Made by a program: the position numbers and the translations under genes. The notes under the pieces were generated by a model. It had not been told where the DNA came from and ran no database searches. It saw only the letters and a program-made list of their open reading frames with translations. Shown here in pieces: positions 24,920 to 38,582 of a stretch of 64,000 bases of DNA. How positions within the stretch are numbered: the first letter of the stretch is position 1; every line of letters starts with the position of its first letter. Source of the DNA: Mobula hypostoma (Eukaryota); NCBI RefSeq assembly GCF_963921235.1, contig NC_086109.1:19098001-19162000 (forward strand), given 5' to 3'.

Positions 24920-26650
24920 CTAGATGGTAAAATGTAATGAGTGCTGTGCCAAAGGATCAATGCTGAGCCCTTATCTTTTTATAACCGATTTAAGTGACTT
25001 TGTTGAAAGCATAAAAGGTATGTTTGTTAAATTTGCTGATGACAGAGCAACAGGAAGGCAAACAGGTTGGAAAGAAGACATACGGAGACCACAAAGGGAT
25101 AGAGATGGGTAAAATCATAGAGAGATACAGCACAGAAATAGTCTTCAGCCCACCAAGTCCACAATGACCAACCATTTTCCCACATGCCCATGTGGATATG
25201 CAATGGTGGCATCAGAATATGCAGACTGCTGCCACCAACACACTCCACTGCATGTTTCGATGCGCAAGTGTGAAATGAAATGTATTGGAATCTCAATCAT
25301 CAACTCTCCACGGATTCTACTGTTTACATACAGACCAGAGGCAAATTACTGTGACCAATTAACCTAGCAACTCTCAGGTCTTCAGGTTGTAGGACACTCA
25401 GCAGGAACCTATTCCGACATGCAAATTCTGAGTAGGATTCAGTCAGGGTCTCAGGAAGCAGATCTACTCGCCGTGCCACAGTGCGAGTTAGCAAGTACCT
25501 GGCAAATGGACCATAATGTTAGAAAACGAGTTCTTTTGGTTTGTGCCATTTCATATGATGTGGGAAATCGTGGTCTTTTCATGACTATGATTGCTCTTGG
25601 CAATTTTTTCTGCAGAAGTGGTTTGCCATTGCCTTCTTATGGACAGTGTCTTTACAAAACGGCTAATGTCACCCAACATCAATATTCTTAAGAGATTGCC
25701 TGCCAGGCGTCAGTGGTCACATAAGCAGGATGTGATATGTACCAGCTGCTCACACGACCATCCACCACCTGCTCCACTGGCTTCACATGACCCTGACTGG
25801 GGGCTAAGCAGATGCCCAAGGGTGACCTGCAGGCTAACAGGGGGAAGAAGGGCCCTTACATCTCCTTTGGCAGAGAAATATCTCCACCCCATCGCTTAAA
25901 GTGCGCAGCTGTTCATTTTGGCAGCCAGTCTTTACTACACGTTATCTAAATGGTGAGAGATTGCAGGTCTCTAAGGTGTAGATGAATCTGAGTGTCCTAG
26001 TACATGATGTGCAAAAGGCATAGAGACAGCTACAACAGGAAAACAAATGGTATGTATTGTCTATTACAAAGGGAATGGAATACAAAAACAGAGTGATTTT
26101 ACAATTCCATTAGGTATTAGGGAGACCATATCTACAGAGCTAAGTACAATATTGATTTCTTATTTAAGGAATGTGTTGGATTATGTAAATGTATTGGAAA
26201 TAGTTCAGAGAAACTTTACTAAATTAAAACATTGAATGGATAATTCATGAAGAAAGTTGGGAAGGCTAAGCTTCTATCCACTGGGCTTTAGAAGAAAGAG
26301 AATAATAAGAAGAAGAAGAATATCTTTATTGTCATTGTTGTGGAGCAATGAAACACAGTTTAGCAGCTCAATGTTTTGCAGCATGACAAAGAATATATAC
26401 ATACAAGGGCTGTGTATTATATAAGATTGTGAGAGGTCTTGGATGTACAGAAAATGTTTCTTACTGAGGAGAATCCTAAACTAAGCTCCATTGTTTAAAG
26501 ATAAGTGATTGTTCATTTAGGATAGAAATGAGTCATTTGTAGACTAGAAATGGGAGCTGTGAACCTTTGGAACTCACTTAAGCAGCAACAAGTTGGGGTC
26601 TTGGATGAATTTTAAGGCAGAGATACATGGAATTTTTGATCAGCAAAGGT
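24920..26650 (+). mobile_element. Old CR1 RT fragment with nested SINE insertions
   Basis: KGSMLSPYLFITDLSDFVESIKGMFVKFADD; later ggcaaatggac...cattttgg...ctgagtgtcctagtacatga (CR1 RT C-terminal motifs). Confidence 0.75.
25530..25890 (-). mobile_element. RTE/BovB-tailed SINE-like element
   Basis: ttggcaattttttctgcagaagtggtttgccattgccttc resembles the BovB/Sauria-SINE tail; second copy at 48070-48360. Confidence 0.6.
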
Positions 26651-27199
26651 ATCAAAAATCAAAACAGAATGAAGCTGAGAATACCCAGCGGATGGGAAGG
26701 GAAACAGACTCAGTAGTTCAGTTTGAAAACCTGAAGCACTAACTTTGTTTCTTCAATCGGCAGCATCGATTTTGTTTGTGTAAACTGAAATGTTAACTCT
26801 GCTTTTTTGACTAAAAATTATTGACACTGCTTTTCACCCACAGATGCCGTGGTAAGCTGCTGAACGTTTGCAGCATTTTCTGCTTTTGTTTTAGGTTTCC
26901 CAGCATCTACTATTTTTGATTTTCTTTTACCTGGAGTAGGTGGAATGTGGTGTTAAAGCTACTCTCAGGTCCCATATGATCTTATTGAATAGCAGAGCAG
27001 GTGAGACAAAATGGCTTCATAATTCATGCATTCCCTATTATTTTAATTAAAGCCACTGAGTCCCTCAAACTTGCTCTGGTATTTGAATTTCACCCAAGAA
27101 TCTGCTCCTACTGAAATTTTTGGTGCTTTTTCCTCCACATGAACCTTGCAAAATGCTACAACCACAAGGTGTATAAAAAGAGGTATCAGAATAAAGATA

Positions 27200-27975
27200 A
27201 TGAATTGAATTGATTGACTTTATTACTTACATTCTTCACATACATGAGTAAAAATCTTTACGTTACGTCTCTGTCTAAATGTGCAATCTGCAAGTTATAG
27301 TAACTTGTAGTACATATTATGTACAACAGGACAGTTAATATAACATAGAAATACAATTGTATCAGTATGAATTAATGGGTCTGATGGCCTGGTGGAAGAA
27401 GCTGTCCCAGAGCCTGTTGGTCCTGGCTTTTATCTTGCGGTACAGTTTCCTGGATGGTAGCAGCTGGAACAGTTTGTGGTTGGGGTGACTCAGGTCTCGA
27501 ATGATCCTTCAGGTCCTTTTTACGCACTTGTCTCTGTAACTGTCTTGAATAGTGGGAAGTTCACATCTACAGATGCGCTGGGCTGTCCGCACCACTCTCT
27601 GCAGAGTCCTGCAATTGAGGGAAGTACAGTTGCCATACCAGGCAGTGATGGAGCCAGTCAGGATGCTCCCAATTGTGCCCCTGTAGAAAGTTCTTAGGAA
27701 TTGGGGGCCCATACCAAACTTCTTCAACTGTCTGAGGTGAAAGAGGCGCTGTTGTGCCTTTTTCACCACACAGCGAGTATGTACAGATCACATGAGATCC
27801 TTGGTGACATGTATGCGAACGAACTTAAAGCTGTTCACCCTCTCAACCCCAGATCCATTGATGTCAATAGGGGTTAGCCTGTCTCCATTCCTCCTGTCGT
27901 CCACAATCAGCTACTTTGTTTTTGCGACACGGAGGGAGAGGTTGTTTCTTGACACCGGTGTGTCAGGGTGATGAG
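27200..27975 (-). mobile_element. Rex1/Babar LINE 3' fragment
   Basis: KKAQQRLFHLRQLKKFGMGPQFLRTFYRGTIGSILTGSITAWYGNC...LQRVVRTAQRI; (AATTC)n-like tail. Confidence 0.88.
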
Positions 27976-28849
27976 TCTTTCTCTGATAAGTCTACGGAGT
28001 AAAACGTTTGTTAACTGGAGCTTCAGAATGACATTGGGTCTTCAGACCAGCTTCACATGCCATTCATTTAATGGGAAATATATGCATGTACCTGATTATA
28101 GCATCTGTTGTTAATTTCATTCAATAATCTTGTATAATTAAAATTTTAAATTAAAATAGAAGATTGGTAAGGTCAATTAAATAAACATGTGAGCCTAAAT
28201 AACTTTAAAGTAACAACTGAACCTGACTAAGATCTGCATGAAATCGATGTTAAAAGCTTATGTTAACAATAATGTCTTAGTTGAATATAAAAAGTTAATT
28301 GGATCAACCTGAATATAGATTGTTCTAAATAAGCCTAAAAAGTGAAAATGCTGGCAATATTAATGGAAAGTATCCTTAAAAGCAAGCTAACATTTCTAAG
28401 GTTCAAGTTAAGATTCAATGGCACAAAATATCTTTGGCTAAACAGTCATAGATTTGTACCATCCATAGCATCAATCGTATATTAAACCCTGAAATGTTGC
28501 TGGCAAGAGTTTTAATGCTAAGGAACTATATAAGAGTTTGATACAAGAAAAACAAATCATTGGATCACTTGTCATGTTCTCAATATTTTTCCCCAATGTG
28601 CTTAGAATGTTGGTGCAAGCTTTATCCATTGAGGCATTATTAATCCCTTCCATAATGTGTTAAAACAATTGCAGTCACATATGCATCATTTCATAATATA
28701 AAGTTCAATTCCCACAGTGTGTCTTCCCAAGAGATAAGTTGCAATTCAATACTTGATATCTCTCTGTACATCCTTGTACAATTCCAATATCCAATGATTT
28801 GTTTTTAATAAATTTTTTGCACATGTTGTGCGAGATTTTATTGACATTA

Positions 28850-29389
28850 CGCTCAGTGGACACTTTATTAAGTACACCTGTACACCTGATCATTAATGCA
28901 AGTATCTAATCCACCAATCATGCAGCAGCTACTTATTGCATGAAAGCATACAGACATGGTCAAGAGGTTCAGTTGTTCAGACCAAACAGAAGAGTGAAGA
29001 AATGTGATCTGAGTCACTTTGAATGTGGAATGATTGTAGGTGACAGGCGGGGTGGTTTGATTATCTCAGAAATCGCTGATCTCCCAAGATTTTCACACAC
29101 TACAGTCTCTAGAGTTTATAGAGGATGGTGTGAGAAACAAAAGTCCATCTAATGAGTGGCAGTTCTGTGGGTGAAAATGCCTTGTTAATCAGAGAAGTCA
29201 GGGGAGAATGGCTGGACTGAGTCAAGCTGAAAGGAACTTGACAGTAACTCAAATAACCACATGTCATAACGGTGGTGTGCAGAAGAACATCTCTGAATGC
29301 GCAGCCTTGAAGTGGATAGGCTACGGCAGCAGACTACCACAAACATACACTCATTTATGGAAGCTACCTAACAAAGTGGCAACTGAGTG
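28850..29389 (+). mobile_element. Tc1-derived non-autonomous DNA transposon
   Basis: TIRs cgctcagtggacactttattaagta / tacctaacaaagtggcaactgagtg; transposase remnant KKCDLSHFECGMIVGDRRGGLIISEIADLPRFSHTTVSRVY. Confidence 0.85.
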
Positions 29390-30499
29390 CATATTCCTCA
29401 CAGAGTCTTGTTGTTCAAAACTTTTCAGTAAAGTATTTCTAGATGAGTAAATGCTGGTCATGACAAAAAGCATCAATAGAGTTAGATGGTCACTTATGAC
29501 CCCATTATTTGAAATGTTATTGCATTACAATGGTCTGGTTTGATTATATGATTTTAAACTTTCTGGCCATTCACTGGATTTGTGGAATATTCTCTTTGCT
29601 ATGGGCTTCCTACTCTTACATAGTTCTTTTGGTATTATTTTTCATTTGCTCAGGTAACATGTGGGGGAAATGCAGCAAAGTACAATTAAGTCCAAGTTCA
29701 AATCATCCATGGTCTTGTAGTTGAATTAGTTTATTATTCCTTATGATTTTTCATTCCGATATTTATTTCTGAACCTTTTATTGCAATATTGCTCTTCACT
29801 GTGAATTGTCGTATTGTTGACTCTTCACAGTCCATTAATTTCCTTTAGATATTTCAATTTTCTAACATTACCCTAATCCCTAATTCCACCATATTATTTA
29901 TTTTTAATGATTACTGACTATTCCAAGATTCAAGCTTCTCAGTTAGACAGAGAGATAGATACTAATGATCGCAAAGGAAGTTACGGTGTCACAGTATTGC
30001 AAATGGAATCTACATTTCTCATCTGAGGTAAACAGAAAGCTTTGCCAGATGTACAACGTAAGAGAAAATGAATGTTAATGGTTGATTTGTCTGTCTATAT
30101 TAATATGTATAATATACATCCTGTCTTTCATTTCCAAACCCACATTATTGAAAGGTCATTGACTTGAAACAATAACTGTTTCCCTTTCTGCAAATCCAGT
30201 CAATCTTCTGAACAATTCCAATATTTTCTACAGCACTTGTTTTAATTTGCTTTTGAAAATATAAAGTTTCCTTAAAGTGTTTGTTAAATAATGCCTTCTA
30301 GATTATTTGTGTTGAGATATGTTGCTGAGAGGAAAATATTTTCTAAGTATCTGAGAAGGTTTCAGTACTGCATTATACACAGCAAGAATTTATTCAAACC
30401 AAATCTGACATTGTTCCATAACCCAATTATCTTCAGCCATATCAATCCAAGAATTGTTTTGGGCTACAATTCTTTTTCTAAATTCTATTATATTTCAGA

Positions 30500-30912
30500 C
30501 CTGACTTGTATGTAAAATATGATGTGTCAATTTTGGGTGTCCAGAGACAATTTTTTTCTTGCCATAGAATGTCCAGTATGTTATGTGTTCCTTGATAGCT
30601 TGTTTTCAACTTTCACTTTACCTTCCTAATTGTGTTTTGAACTTTCACTTTTCCTCTCATATTATTTCTTACCATAAATCTCCGCTGTTTATGCACTTAA
30701 TGTAAGTCTTCCTTAAATATTCATAGTTTTATTCATCCATACAGTCTCATGAGTGCTTAGTTTGTTATTGTCAGCTGAAAATTTATTTTTGCACTCTGTC
30801 AAACAGCTTAACAACTTCCCGTTGTTGCTGCCAATATCTTGTTCGATTTTACTTTTTCAAGTTCAATTGTCATCTTCTCAAAATTAGTCTTTCTTCAAAT
30901 TATTTTATCATA
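30500..30912 (-). mobile_element. Ancient CR1 ORF2 linker fragment
   Basis: Minus strand gives NFEKMTIELEKV, WMNK and IRKVK..VENKLSRN remnants; 30780-30912 is homologous to 60700-60826. Confidence 0.6.
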
Positions 30913-30915
30913 TTT

Positions 30916-31705
30916 ACAGTACTGACAGATGTACTGGCACTCTAGTTATATTTATGTACCTAAGACCTTTACGTAGTACTGTAGTAATTTTATGTATTGC
31001 ACTGTACTGCTGCCACAAAAAAAGTTTGAATTTCATTGCATATGTGACTGATGATAATCCTGATTCTGTTTTCTTGCTGGCAGTTTGAGGTTTATCTTTA
31101 GAAGCTTTTTGTATGATGCATGGCTCCAGGGTTGAACACCTAATGGGGTTTTTTTTTCTCACTTTTCCTTGCTTAATAGGGTTTTTTTTTCTCTTTTCTT
31201 CGTCACCAAAATTTTTTCAATCTTTAAAACAATGTTTTTTTTCTTGAGACATTGTAAGTGTTGCCTACTTCAAAGTACTCTTGTTAATTTTGGATAATAA
31301 TAATAAAAAAGATTTGAAAAGAAAGATAACCCTGATTCTGATATGGGTCTCTATTGAGGAATGACGGTGGGAAGGCGGCAGGGAGAGGGGAATCATGGTT
31401 GGGAAAGGGAGATGGGAGAGGGGAGGGAAGCACTAGAGAGGCATTCTGTGATAATCAATAAACCAATTGTATGGAATCAAATGACCTTGCCTGGTGTCAG
31501 GGCTGGGTGTGTCTGCACCCATGCCACACCCAGCTCCTGGCACTCCTCTGTCCTTCCCACACCCCTCCCGCATGTTCTATCCTCGCCATTCCCAACATCC
31601 TTTGTTCCTGCCAGTTTTACAAACTCGCTCTCCACACCACGTTGTACTGTGCATAGGTTTTAGACACCCTAGGAATATATAAATGTGCCTAAGATTTTTG
31701 CACAT
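30916..31705. mobile_element. Tc1/mariner-type MITE carrying a retroposed insert
   Basis: Starts cagtactg, ends gtgcctaagatttttgcaca; homologous to 23917-24450 in opposite orientation. Confidence 0.65.
31069..31324 (+). mobile_element. L1-like 3' UTR insertion with a 16-bp TSD
   Basis: gataa(t/c)cctgattctg at 31053-31068 and 31325-31340; ends aataaaaaagatttgaaaagaaa. Confidence 0.7.
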
Positions 31706-31747
31706 TAACGTATATATTTCTTTATTATTATCTTATTATTATTGTTA

Positions 31748-32150
31748 TCTCACCTGTGGCTCCAAGTAGTGCTTTGCATGTGACAGCAGCCACACCCCAG
31801 TCTACTGTTCTGACAGGTGGGATAAACCAGGCGAGGGTACTTGGTGACCTACATGTCCATGCATGTGAGGTCAGCTCTGGCGGACTGTGTGGGTGAGATC
31901 AACATTGAAATCCAATGGCCAGGAAGGCAGCTTTCCAATGGTTCCTGGAGACTGAAGGGTATGTCAAGGCACAGAAGAAGTCATGGTCATCCACTGCAAC
32001 CAAGGTAGACCCCAGCTGTGCCATTTGTTCATACCACTGGGCCTGAACTTGCGAGGTTGAGAGAGTGGGACTGCCCCAGTGCAACGACTTTTCCACTTTA
32101 AAAGCTTTCCCGCATGGTTTTCCTGTCATTGTTGGAAGCTTCGGACAACC
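31748..32150 (+). mobile_element. 5'-truncated relative of the 7373-7911 element, with decayed HDV-like core
   Basis: ctcacctgt-ggc-tccaagta-...-gcc-acacccc-ag...gataa-accaggcgag. Confidence 0.8.
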
Positions 32151-32262
32151 ACCATGCTCTTATTATCTTAAAGAAAATTTTGTAAAAATTATAAAAGCCA
32201 AGATGTTCCCCTACTTCTCTGATCTGTGCTGGTTCATTGTTATTAACTAAATCCAGTGGTGA
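32150..32262 (-). mobile_element. Ancient CR1 endonuclease C-terminal fragment
   Basis: LDLVNNNEPAQIREVGEHLG matches the CR1 APE motif LDLV..NEP...VGEHLG.SDH; homologous to 60128-60240. Confidence 0.75.
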
Positions 32263-33544
32263 TTCAGTGTCAGTGTAGTTCTGCTGTTATTGCATTCTTT
32301 AGACTCTGGATAAACATTTCTGCCAAGACGTTTGTAGCTGGATGGTATTGTGTGGATGCAATATGTCTTATTCCATTCATTTTCAGGAATGACTGAAACG
32401 GTTCCGCAACAAACTGTGGTGGAAGACTAAGTGTTCTGGAAGACCAGACCTTGAGAAGAAGCTTCTCAACACATCAACTGTGTGTGAGGCTATTGGGATC
32501 ACTTTCTGTCACCTTGTAGCTGCATCCACTATTACCAAGAAATTTGTGCCCATGAATGGTCCGCCAAAATCCAGGGCAAGGTAAGCCATTCCCAGGGATG
32601 GAGAGGCACTGATCTTGCCACCTTCTGTACTAGCTGGCATCCTAAACAAGCTGCTCGATCTGCTGAGCTCTCCCAGGCCACCCGACAAAGCTTTGAGCAA
32701 AAGCTTTCATTTTGACCATGCCTAGATGACCAGCATGTAGCTCTTCCAACAATTTAGCTCTCCCCACACGTTAGCTCTCAGCTGTCATGATAGAACAACT
32801 CTCAATCTCCACATAAGGCATGCCCATCAAGGGCAAGTTCATACCGGCACTGATAAAAATGGGGAAACTGGAATTTCTGCTGCACATTCCAGCCATCTTA
32901 GGTTGCCATACAATAGATAGTGTGTACGGTCTTTTCTGGTTTCACTTTGGATTATCTCTGCTGTAATAGGGAGCCCTTCGCTTTGCATCAGGGAGAATGC
33001 GTCGAGAGGAATGTCCTCTTTTGTAAATTTATCATGTATTTCTTTTTCCAAGGGTAATCGGGACGATCCATCAGCATTTCCATGATTAGTTGTCCTCTTG
33101 TAATTGTGTCCTCCAAGAAACAGAGCCCATCTCTGCATTTGTGCTGCTTCTGGTTGTGGATTGAAAATGGACACCAGTGGTTGATGATCAGTAATGAGGG
33201 TAAACTCTCTCCAATACAAGTACGGGTTAAAATGTTTTGCACCCCCAATCAGTCTCAAGCCCTCCCTCTCACTATATGCGTAATTTTTCTCTGCAGTGGG
33301 AAGGGAAAGTGATGAAAATCCTAAGGGGTGTTCACTTCCACCACTCATAACATGTGATATGACCCTAAGGCGAAAGATCACAAGCAAGCTTCACTGGATG
33401 ATGTGGAGCATAATGTACAGTGTCTGATGCTGGCATTTCTTTTACCTTTTAGAAAGCCACCTCTCACTGCTTTGTCCATTGCCTTTCATTACCGATCTGT
33501 AGTAATGATTTCAAGGGGTGAAGCACAATAGCCAGGTTTGGCAT

Positions 33545-35545
33545 CACACACAAAATGCTGGAGGAAATCAGCAGGCCAGGCAACATTGATGGAAAATGTT
33601 TCAGGCTGAGACATTCTTCAGTACTGAGAAAAAGGTGGGTGGGGGGGAGGAGATGCCAGAATGTAAAGGTGGTGGTGGTGGGGAGGGAAATGGGAAGGAG
33701 GCTAGCTGAAATGTGATAGGTGAAACCAGGTGGGTGGGAAAGGTCAAGGGCTGGAGAAGAAGGAATCTGCTAGGAGAGCAGAGTGGACTATAGGGAAAAG
33801 TGAAGGAGGAGGAGACCCAGGGGGAGGTGATAGGCAGGAGAGAAGAGCTGAAAGGTTAAAGTGGGGAATGAAGGAAGTGGGCCGGGCAGGAAAATCCGTT
33901 TACCATAAGGAGAAATTAATATTCACGCCATCAGGATGGAGCTTACCCAGATGGAATATAAGGTCTGCCTCCTCCACCCTGAGGGTGTCCTCATCTGGAC
34001 ACAAGAGGAGGCCATGGACCAACGCATAGGAATGGGAATGGGAATGGGATTTACAGTATAATGTTTGGCCACTGGGAAATCCCGCATGTGGTGGATGGAA
34101 CGGAGGTGCTCAACAAGGTTTTCCCCAGTTTACAATGGGTCTCACCAGTGTAGAGGAGGCCGCGTCGGGAGCACCATATACAAAGACCACTCCAGCAGAT
34201 TCACATGTGAAGTGTTGCCTCACCTGGAAGGACTGCTTGGGGCCCTGAACAGAGGTGAAGGAGGAAGTTTATGGGCAGGTGTAGCACTTAGGTCACCTAC
34301 AGGTACTGTATGTGCCAGGAGGGAGATTAATGGGGAGGGATGGATGGACAAGGGAATCACTGAGGGAGAAATCCCTGTAGAAAGTGGAGAGAGGTGGGGA
34401 GGTAAAGATATATTTAGTGGTTGGAACTCTTTGGAGATGTTGGAAGATGTTGAGAATGGTGTGTTGGATGCGGAGACTCATGGGGTAGTAGGTAAGGACA
34501 TGTGGAACTCCTTCACTGTTCAGACGGCAGGAAGATGGGGTGAGTGCAGATGTTCGGGAAATGTGGGTGATGTGGATGAGGACATCATCAATAGTGGAGG
34601 GAGGGAAACCCTGTTCTTTAAAGAAGGAGGACATCTCTAATGTTCTGAAATGGAATGGCTTATCCTAGCATCAGATGTGGCAAAGACAAAGAAACTGAGA
34701 AAACAGCATAGAATTTTTGCAGGAGACAGTGTGGAAAGAGATATAGTCAAGATAATTGTGAGAATCAGTAGGTTTATGAAAGATGTCGGTTGACGGTTTG
34801 TCTCCAGAGATGGAGACTTATAGATCGAGAATGGAGAGGGATGTGTCAGAGATGGACCAAGTGAATTTAAGGTCAGAATGGAAGTTGGAGGCAAATTTGA
34901 TAATATTAATGAACGTAGGTGCATGAGGCAGGACCAAGCAGCTGTCAGTGTTGTTGAGCAACAGTCGGGGAGTACTGCCGGTGAAGGCTTCGAACATGGA
35001 CTGTTCTACATAGCCAACAAAGGGGCAGGAAAAGCTGGAGCCCATGTAAGTGCACGTGGTTGGAAAAAATAGGAGGTGCTGAAGAAAAATTTGTTCAGAG
35101 TGTGGATCAGTTCTGCCAGGTGGACGAGGTTGGCGATGGAGGGGAATTGTTTAGTTCTTTAGTCAAAACAAGCTGAGAGCTTTGAGTTCTTCTTGATGGG
35201 GAATAGAAGTGTATAGAGTCTGAAAATCCATGGTGAGGGTGAGGCAGTCAGGGACAGGGAATTGAAAGTTACTGAGGAGATCAAGGACATGAGTTGTTTT
35301 GCGAAGGTAGATGGGGAGGGACTGAACCAAGAAGGATAGAATAGAATCAAGACATGAGGACACAAGTTCAGTGGGCCTGAGCAGGCAGAAACAATAAATC
35401 TACCTGGACAGTCAGGTTTGTGGATCCTGAATAGGAGATAGAAGCAAGCAGTGTGTGTAAGGGAACTATGGGTTTGGTGGCAATGGATTGGAGTTATCCT
35501 GAGTGGATGAGGTCAGTCATGGTGGTGGGGACAGTTTTCTGATGA
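33545..35545 (-). mobile_element. Penelope-like element (RT + GIY-YIG, frameshifted) nested in Gypsy
   Basis: LTMDFQTLYTSIPHQEELKAL; MGSSFSCPFVGYVEQSMF; LKFTWSISDTSLSILDL; MSSFFKEQGFPPSTI; 3' terminus with decayed hammerhead at ~33594-33625. Confidence 0.9.
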
Positions 35546-35821
35546 TTCAGAGTGAGGCATTGGGTATGCACCACCGCTTGAATTTTCTCAACAGACTTGG
35601 ATAATACTTGTGTGTCAATTGTGTGACCACAGTAAGTGATGTTTGTTTTAAAAATTTCATACTTCTTGCATATGTGCGGAGCCCCTAATCCTCTAATCCT
35701 TTTAACACAGTCTTGAGACTTTGGAGATGTTCATTGTCATTCATTAACAATGATGTCATCCAGGCAATACTGAGTGTCTGGGCAGCCTTACAATATTTGA
35801 TCCAAAGCTTTCTGCCAGAAT

Positions 35822-36712
35822 GCTTTATACTTTATACTTTATTGTCGCCACACAATTGATACTAGAATGTACAATCATCATAGCGATATTTGATTCTGCG
35901 CTTCCCGCTCCCTGGATTACAAATCGATAGTAAATATTAAAAATTTAAATTATAATTCATGAATAGAAAATAGGAAAATGGAAAGTAAGGTAGTGCAAAA
36001 CAAACCGAGGTGCAGGTCAGATATTTGGAGGGTACGGCCCAGATCCGGGTCAGGATCTGTTCAGCAGTCTTATCACAGTTGGAAAGAAGCTGTTTCCAAA
36101 TCTGGCTGTATGAGTCTTCTAGCTCCTGAGCCTTCGCCCAGAGGGAAGAGGGACGAAAAGTGTGTTGGCTGGGTGGGTCGTGTCCTTGATTATCCTGGCA
36201 GCACTACTCCGACAGCGTGCGGTGTAAAGTGAGTCCAGGATGGAAGATTGGTTTGTGTGATGTGCTGCACCGTGTTCACGATCTTCTGCAGCTTCTTCTG
36301 ATCTTGGACAGGACAACTTCCATACCAGGTTGTGATGCACCCTAGAAGAATGCTTTCTACGGTGCATCTATAAAAATTAGTGAGGGTTTTAGGAGACAGG
36401 CCAAATTTCTTTAGTTTTCTCCAGAAATAAAGGTGCTGGTGGGCCTTCTTGGCAGTGGACTGTGCTTGGTCGGACCAAATCAGGTCATTTGTGATATTGA
36501 CCCTGAGGAACTTAAAGCTTTTGACCTGTTCCACTTGCGCACCACCGATGTAAATTGGGTCATGTGGTCCACTACTCCTTCTGAAGTCAACAACCAATTC
36601 CTTCGTCTTGCTGACATTGAGGGATAGGTTATTGTCTTCACACCATGCCACCAGGTTCTTAATTTGCTCTCTGTACTCAAACTCATCATTACCTGAGATA
36701 CGGCCTACAATT
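35822..36712 (-). mobile_element. Rex1/Babar LINE nested in Gypsy RT
   Basis: IVGRISGNDEFEYREQIKNLVAWCEDNNLSLNVSKTKELVVDFRR...KKAHQHLYFWRKLKKF; (TATAAAG)n tail. Confidence 0.9.
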
Positions 36713-38582
36713 GCAGGAGCAGATACAGTACTACTCCAAAAAATAAGTCTGTTACAGTGATAAAGCCCTTTGTGAGTGTTTACGCTGAGAAATACTGGAC
36801 TGTCCTTCAATCTCCATCTGCAGGTTGGCCTCAGCTAAGTCCATTTTGCTGAAGTGTTTCCCTTTAGAAATGATTGCAAAGATATTCCTCTATCCAGGAC
36901 AGAGGGTATTGATCTACTTTCAGTACTGGCTTGATGGTGACCTTAAAATCACCACAGATCCTGACAGACCCATCCTTCTTTGATGCTGGGAACACTGATG
37001 TTGCCCATGGCCCCACTCAATCTTGGAAAGAATTCCTTCAACCTCCATGCGATATAGCTCATTGGCTACTTCATCAGGGATGTTATAAGGAACTGACAGG
37101 TTTTTGTAAAACTGAGGTGTGGCATTTTCATTTAATACTATTTTACCCTTGATATGTTTGGGTATTCCAATGCCATCCATGAACACTGCTGTGTCATCAG
37201 CCAGTACTTTTCTTCATTTCCCTTCAGTTGAATCTATTGCAGGGAATTTGGTATACAAATGGAGGATGGATCTCCAAGCAGGTTGTAGTTTTCTCAGCCA
37301 ATCATGCTCGCACTATGCTGGCCTTCCTGTTTATACCACATACAAGCTCGATGTGGTTTGTTGGTTGTTGTCTTTCACTCTTATGAATGTATTTTCTACC
37401 AGAGTTATCTTTTCTCCAGTATACGTTCTTCATTGCATATCTGCAGGCTTCAGTTCAGTATCTTTGAAATGCCATTCAAACTCATTTTATGGAATGACTG
37501 AAACAGTTGAGCCAGTGTCCAATTCCATTTTAATTAATTTGCCGTTCTCTTCTGGTGTAAGCCATACTGCTTCTCCTGTTATTGTTATTGTTATTGTTAT
37601 TGTACATTGTAAATCTCAGGGGTATGCAATCCATATCACTCTCATCATTGTCAGATTTTTCATCGTGAGCATACAGATTGGTGCTCCTTTTAAGACTGCA
37701 GCTGACTCTTCATCTTTTTCTCGTCCTTGTGTAGTGCATTTACTTTTGTCTTCCAGACATGCTCTGTCTATGTATCCTACTTTGCCGCATTTTCTGCAAG
37801 ATTCACCTTTAAGCTTGCATTGGCCTTTTGTACTGTATGTATGCTCCTCCCACAATGGTAATGCAATTTGTTTGGCCAGGCCATTTTGTTCGCACTCACT
37901 TTCATTCCTTACTACAACACAACTGTATCCTCTGCCTGGAGATTCTATTGATGCAACAATTTCAACTGTTCTTTTAAGTGTGGGTTGCGCTTCAGTTAGG
38001 AGCTGTTTTTGAATGCTTTCTTGTACGATCCCACAAACTAAGCAATGTCTCAGTGCACCATTAAGTCCATCATCAAACTGTCGATGCTCAGACAATCTTT
38101 TCAATTTAGCCACATAAACTGAAATGGACTACCATTCCTTTTGATTCTGCTTGTGAATCTTCTAACTAAGCTGTATGCTATTCCATCTGTTGCACTCAAC
38201 AAAACTGGTATTCGCTTCTCATTGTCTATTTCATTTGCTTCAAAATACTGCTCAATTCATTCAGTATACATGATCCGTTTATCTGCTGTGCAATTGAAAG
38301 AGCCTATCTTCCGATGTAGCCAGTTACTTCTTTTTTTTAAAAATTATTATTATTATCACTTGGTACTCATTGTTTATGATCCCAAGAATTTCATCTGTTT
38401 TCTGCATTTTTTATAACCCGACCATCTTTCTCTTCCCTTCCAAAGAAAAAGTGCCATGCCTTTTTTTTTTATTTCCAACATCTCTTTCTCCGCTTTTGAG
38501 GAAAAAGAAACATGCTGTGCTTCAACAGGTAGGTTCAGCAGGTAGACACCTCGAATTCATTTTAAAACTTATTCATCGTCAC

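Noticed and set aside
34065..34640. 191-aa plus-strand ORF
   Set aside because: Antisense to the Penelope ORF.
36190..36810. 206-aa ORF as a novel fusion protein
   Set aside because: Chance in-frame junction of Gypsy RT with a nested Rex/Babar insertion.
37119..38012. 297-aa plus-strand ORF
   Set aside because: Antisense to Gypsy gag/protease.
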